From Tubiluchus corallicola (lineage: Eukaryota > Animalia > Priapulida): DNA of 32,225 nucleotides. The DNA lies in NCBI GenBank assembly GCA_030141605.1, contig JAQGDQ010001622.1, positions 1-32,225 of the forward strand. The letters run 5' to 3'. The notes under the pieces were generated by a model. That model was given only the letters and a program-made list of their open reading frames with translations. It did not search any database and was not told the origin of the DNA. The translations under genes were made by a program, and so were the position numbers. Every line of letters starts with the position of its first letter. Within the stretch, counting starts at the first letter, position 1. Shown here one piece after another: positions 1 through 32,225 of this stretch.

Positions 1-585
1 TTGTTTTAGGAATGCTAGAAATTTGATTGTTCATTGTTATTTATAACAGATCGCAAGTGTGATGTATTAACGTGTGATTGTTTTAGGAATGCTAGAAATT
101 TGATTGTTCATTGTTATTTATAACAGATCGCAAGTGTGATGTATTAACGTGTGATTGTTTTAGGAATGCTAGAAATTTGATTGTTCATTGTTATTTATAA
201 CAGATCGCAAGTGTGATGTATTAACGTGTGATTGTTTTAGGAATGCTAGAAATTTGATTGTTCATTGTTATTTATAACAGATCGCAAGTGTGATGTATTA
301 ACGTGTGATTGTTTTAGGAATGCTAGAAATTTGATTGTTCATTGTTATTTATAACAGATCGCAAGTGTGATGTATTAACGTGTGATTGTTGTAGGAATGC
401 TAGAAATTTGATTGTTCATTGTTATTTATAACAGATCGCAAGTGTGATGTATTAACGTGTGATTGTTTTAGGAATGCTAGAAATTTGATTGTTCATTGTT
501 ATTTATAACAGATCGCAAGTGTGACGTTTAACGTGTCATTGTTTTAGGAATGCTAGAAATTTGATTGTTCATTGTTACTTATAAC
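1..585. repeat. 77-bp tandem minisatellite, about 7.6 copies, truncated by the window edge
   Basis: Unit TTGTTTTAGGAATGCTAG...AACGTGTGA restarts at 1, 78, 155, 232, 309, 386, 463 and about 539; copies are near-identical. Confidence 0.97.
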
Positions 586-1166
586 TTGCCTTGACAACGA
601 CCAGTTTGTCTGAAAGCGGTCGGCAATAAATTTCATTTTGATGATAATGGTGATGATGATAGTTATGGTGATGATGACGATATTATTACGAATAATTACT
701 TGTAATTTTTGGATAATCTCCCATAGACACCTGCCTAGAAACAAAAATAGTCTGGGTAACTTGGAGCAATTATTTATTTAGATCAAAACCACTTCTGTCA
801 AAGACCAACAATTACTGTACTTATATATATTCTGTATTAGTACTGTACAATTTCTGTATTCGTTTTTTTGGATCTTTAGCTACATATAAGTTTCACTCGC
901 AAAAATTGTCACACAATGCATAAGATGTGACAGTTTAAGTTTAATATTGATTTTATTAAGTTTTGTTGTTCAACCTATCTACAGTAGCTGAATTACATAA
1001 AAGAAGAAATTCAGTCAAAAGCAATTTTTAATTGTAATGCACATATTTTATTAAGTGTTGATAATAATAACTAAATTAGTGAAAGTAGTGTTCACGGGGT
1101 TTTTGTTACTTTAATTAAAGCCACACCAGCACCAATTATATCAGTTATTACAGCGAAACAGATTTC

Positions 1167-1172
1167 GTAGTA

Positions 1173-1236
<64 letters not shown>

Positions 1237-1268
1237 AAGTAGTAGTAGTAGTAGAAGTAGTAGTAGTA

Positions 1269-1326
<58 letters not shown>

Positions 1327-1330
1327 AAGC

Positions 1331-1362
<32 letters not shown>

Positions 1363-1421
1363 AAGTAGTAGTAGTAGAAGTAGTAGTAGTAGAAGTAGTA
1401 GTAGAAGTAGTAGTAGTAGTA

Positions 1422-1476
<55 letters not shown>

Positions 1477-1480
1477 AAGC

Positions 1481-1561
<81 letters not shown>

Positions 1562-1577
1562 TGTGGTAGTAGTAGTA
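1167..1577. repeat. (TAG)n/(CTA)n microsatellite with AAG/CAG interruptions
   Basis: Read directly; it produces the poly-Leu and poly-Thr ORFs in the track. Confidence 0.97.
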
Positions 1578-1849
1578 AAATCTTTATTTGCCATTTTAAA
1601 ACATTGACCATCATATTAAAAGACAGACAATCAGTGTTAGTTCATATAAAAAACTTACACTGTTCTTGGCAAATGCGTCTGGTGCAAGCTAAACTATATG
1701 TGCAACTAGAAATTCAAAAAATAAAATATAAACTAGTTTAGATTAAATTAGATTAAATTAGAATAGATTAAGATTTGATTAAAAACCAGCCTATTTCTTG
1801 TTTTTAGCAGTACTATACAAATTGTGACTAGAATCACATTTCGCAAACC

Positions 1850-3462
1850 GACTATAATAACATTACCGACAACATACAGGTAATAGACCCTAAGCATTGA
1901 GAATGAATTTTTGACATAAATTATATAAAACAAACCAAGACTATAATAACATTACTGACAACATACAGGTAATAGACCCTAAGCATTGAGAATGAATTTT
2001 TGACAATAAATTATATAAAAGAAACTAAGACTATAATAACATTACCGACAACATACAGGTAATAGACCCTAAGCATTGAGAATGAATTTTTGACAATAAA
2101 TTATATAAAACAAACCAAGACTATAATAACATTACCCACAACATACAGGTAATAGACCCTAAGCATTGAGAATGAATTTTTGACAATAAATTATATAAAA
2201 CAAACCAAGACTATAATAACATTACTGACAACATACAGGTAATAGACCCTAAGCATTGAGAATGAATTTTTGACAATAAATTATATAAAAGAAACTAAGA
2301 CTATAATAACATTACCGACAACATACAGGTAATAGACCCTAAGCATTGAGAATGAATTTTTGACAATAAATTATATAAAACAAACCAAGACTATAATAAC
2401 ATTACCCACAACATACAGGTAATAGACCCTAAGCATTGAGAATGAATTTTTGACAATAAATTATATAAAACAAACCAAGACTATAATAACATTACTGACA
2501 ACATACAGGTAATAGAGCCTAAGCATTGAGAATGAATTTTTGACAATAAATTATATAAAAGAAACCAAGACTATAATAACATTACCCACAACATACAGGT
2601 AATAGACCCTAAGCATTGAGAATGAATTTTTGACAATAAATTATATAAAAGAAACCAAGACTATAATAACATTACCAACAACATACATGTAATAGACCCT
2701 AAGCATTGAGAATGAATTTTTGACATAAATTATATAAAAGAAACCAAGACTATAATAACATTACCCAGAACATACAGGTAATAGACCCTAAGCATTGAGA
2801 ATGAATTTCTGACAACAAATTATATAAAAGAAACCAAGACTATAATAACATTACCGACAACATACAGGTAATAGAGCCTAAGCATTGAGAATGAATTTTT
2901 GACATAAATTATATAAAAGAAACCAAGACTATAATAACATTACCGACAACATACAGGTAATAGAGCCTAAGCATTGAGAATGAATTTTTGACATAAATTA
3001 TATAAAAGAAACCAAGACTATAATAACATTACCGACAACATACAGGTAATAGAGCCTAAGCATTGAGAATGAATTTTTGACATAAATTATATAAAAGAAA
3101 CCAAGACTATAATAACATTACCGACAACATACAGGTAATAGAGCCTAAGCATTGAGAATGAATTTTTGACATAAATTATATAAAAGAAACCAAGACTATA
3201 ATAACATTACCGACAACATACAGGTAATAGAGCCTAAGCATTGAGAATGAATTTTTGACATAAATTATATAAAAGAAACCAAGACTATAATAACATTACC
3301 CACAACATACAGGTAATAGAGCCTAAGCATTGAGAATGAATTTTTGACATAAATTATATAAAAGAAACCAAGACTATAATAACATTACCAACAACATACA
3401 GGTAATAGAGCCTAAGCATTGAGAATGAATTTCTGACAACAAATTATATAAAAGAAACCAAG
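1850..3462. repeat. 89/90-bp tandem minisatellite, 18 copies
   Basis: CTATAATAACATTAC recurs at 1852, 1941, 2031 ... 3374; mostly 90-bp units on the left and 89-bp units on the right. Confidence 0.97.
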
Positions 3463-3598
3463 TTTATATAAATAAACAGATGGATGATTTTCAATCTCTC
3501 TTTCGGATACATAGAAAATGCTTTTTAGCATCTGAGTGGTAAAACATTTAATCTGAATTCTACTGCTAATGTGTAGCCAAAACCACAGAGTTGTTGCT

Positions 3599-31466
<27,868 letters not shown>

Positions 31467-31556
31467 CTAAAAATGTTGTTAACGTATTTGCTTTTTTCTG
31501 TTCCTTCTCACTCTCTCTTTCCTGGCTGTCTCTTGCTCTATTTTCTCTGTTTCTCT

Positions 31557-31611
<55 letters not shown>

Positions 31612-32225
31612 GTCTCAAACCAATTTTTGCAGATGCTATTGATGACACTTGAATTCACATTTGCCATTCTCATCAAAATCTACTATTTTGTTTTAGGTTT
31701 AGTCCTTAACAGTAACGTTGCTCCAACATGGTTGACAAAACGATGATACAAAATTCTTCAGATCACGAGGATTTATTTGAATTTAAAAGAATGTTCGCCC
31801 TACCTTCGATGTAGGATCCTTGTTAAAGTAGCAGCTATCTTGATTTTGGCAAAAACACATTTTCAGCCTTTGAGTTTTTTATTCACATGGGATTTAATAT
31901 TTTTTAAATAACAAGGACAAGAGGCATTAGTAAATATCTGTCATATGTTGACAGGGTTTAATCATGAATCAGTAGTGAAGTACTTATCTTGCAATATCCT
32001 GCACTCATAAAAACATTACATACAAGGAATTTTTATGAGGATTTTTCAATTTGTAAGAAACGTGCAAAAGTGACCTTAAAGCTCAAAGACTAGCACTTTA
32101 ATTTCAAAGAAGTGTAGACACCATTTGTTATTCGTTCGTAAGAAGCTTACTGTTGAATGATTATTTCAAAAATGCTATAATTTTTCTTTTTGCAACTGAA
32201 CGAAGTACGCAAGCTACGTATTGCT

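Noticed and set aside
1141-1614. Poly-Leu ORF
   Set aside because: Translation of the (CTA)n microsatellite
1-3462. Regular repeats as a CRISPR array
   Set aside because: Head-to-tail units with no unique spacers, in a eukaryotic context with no cas genes

Overview
AT-rich animal (probably invertebrate) genomic DNA, not prokaryotic. Most of the window (3599-31466, minus strand) is the 3' part of one large spliced gene built from 10 tandem [CUB + Ig-like] modules. Each module is encoded by three exons: A (N-terminal half of CUB, 131-152 nt), B (rest of CUB plus most of the Ig domain, 535-550 nt) and C (a 39-42 nt micro-exon supplying the last Ig strand). A terminal EGF exon follows. All 31 exons join with compatible phases into 7421 nt (about 2470 aa; the 5' end lies outside the window). 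Eight modules form a young array with a period of about 2.1 kb that shows mosaicism, two alternative Ig types on a near-constant CUB, one non-canonical (GA) donor, and a 4x-duplicated acceptor just downstream of it. The long introns of the older modules hold a lone antisense Dscam-Ig2-like exon with a 1-nt frameshift, a deleted RTE element carrying a twister-ribozyme core, other LINE fragments, a solo LTR and a hAT MITE. The left end holds 77-bp and 89/90-bp minisatellites and a (TAG)n tract. Family assignments come from motif recognition by eye; no searches were run.
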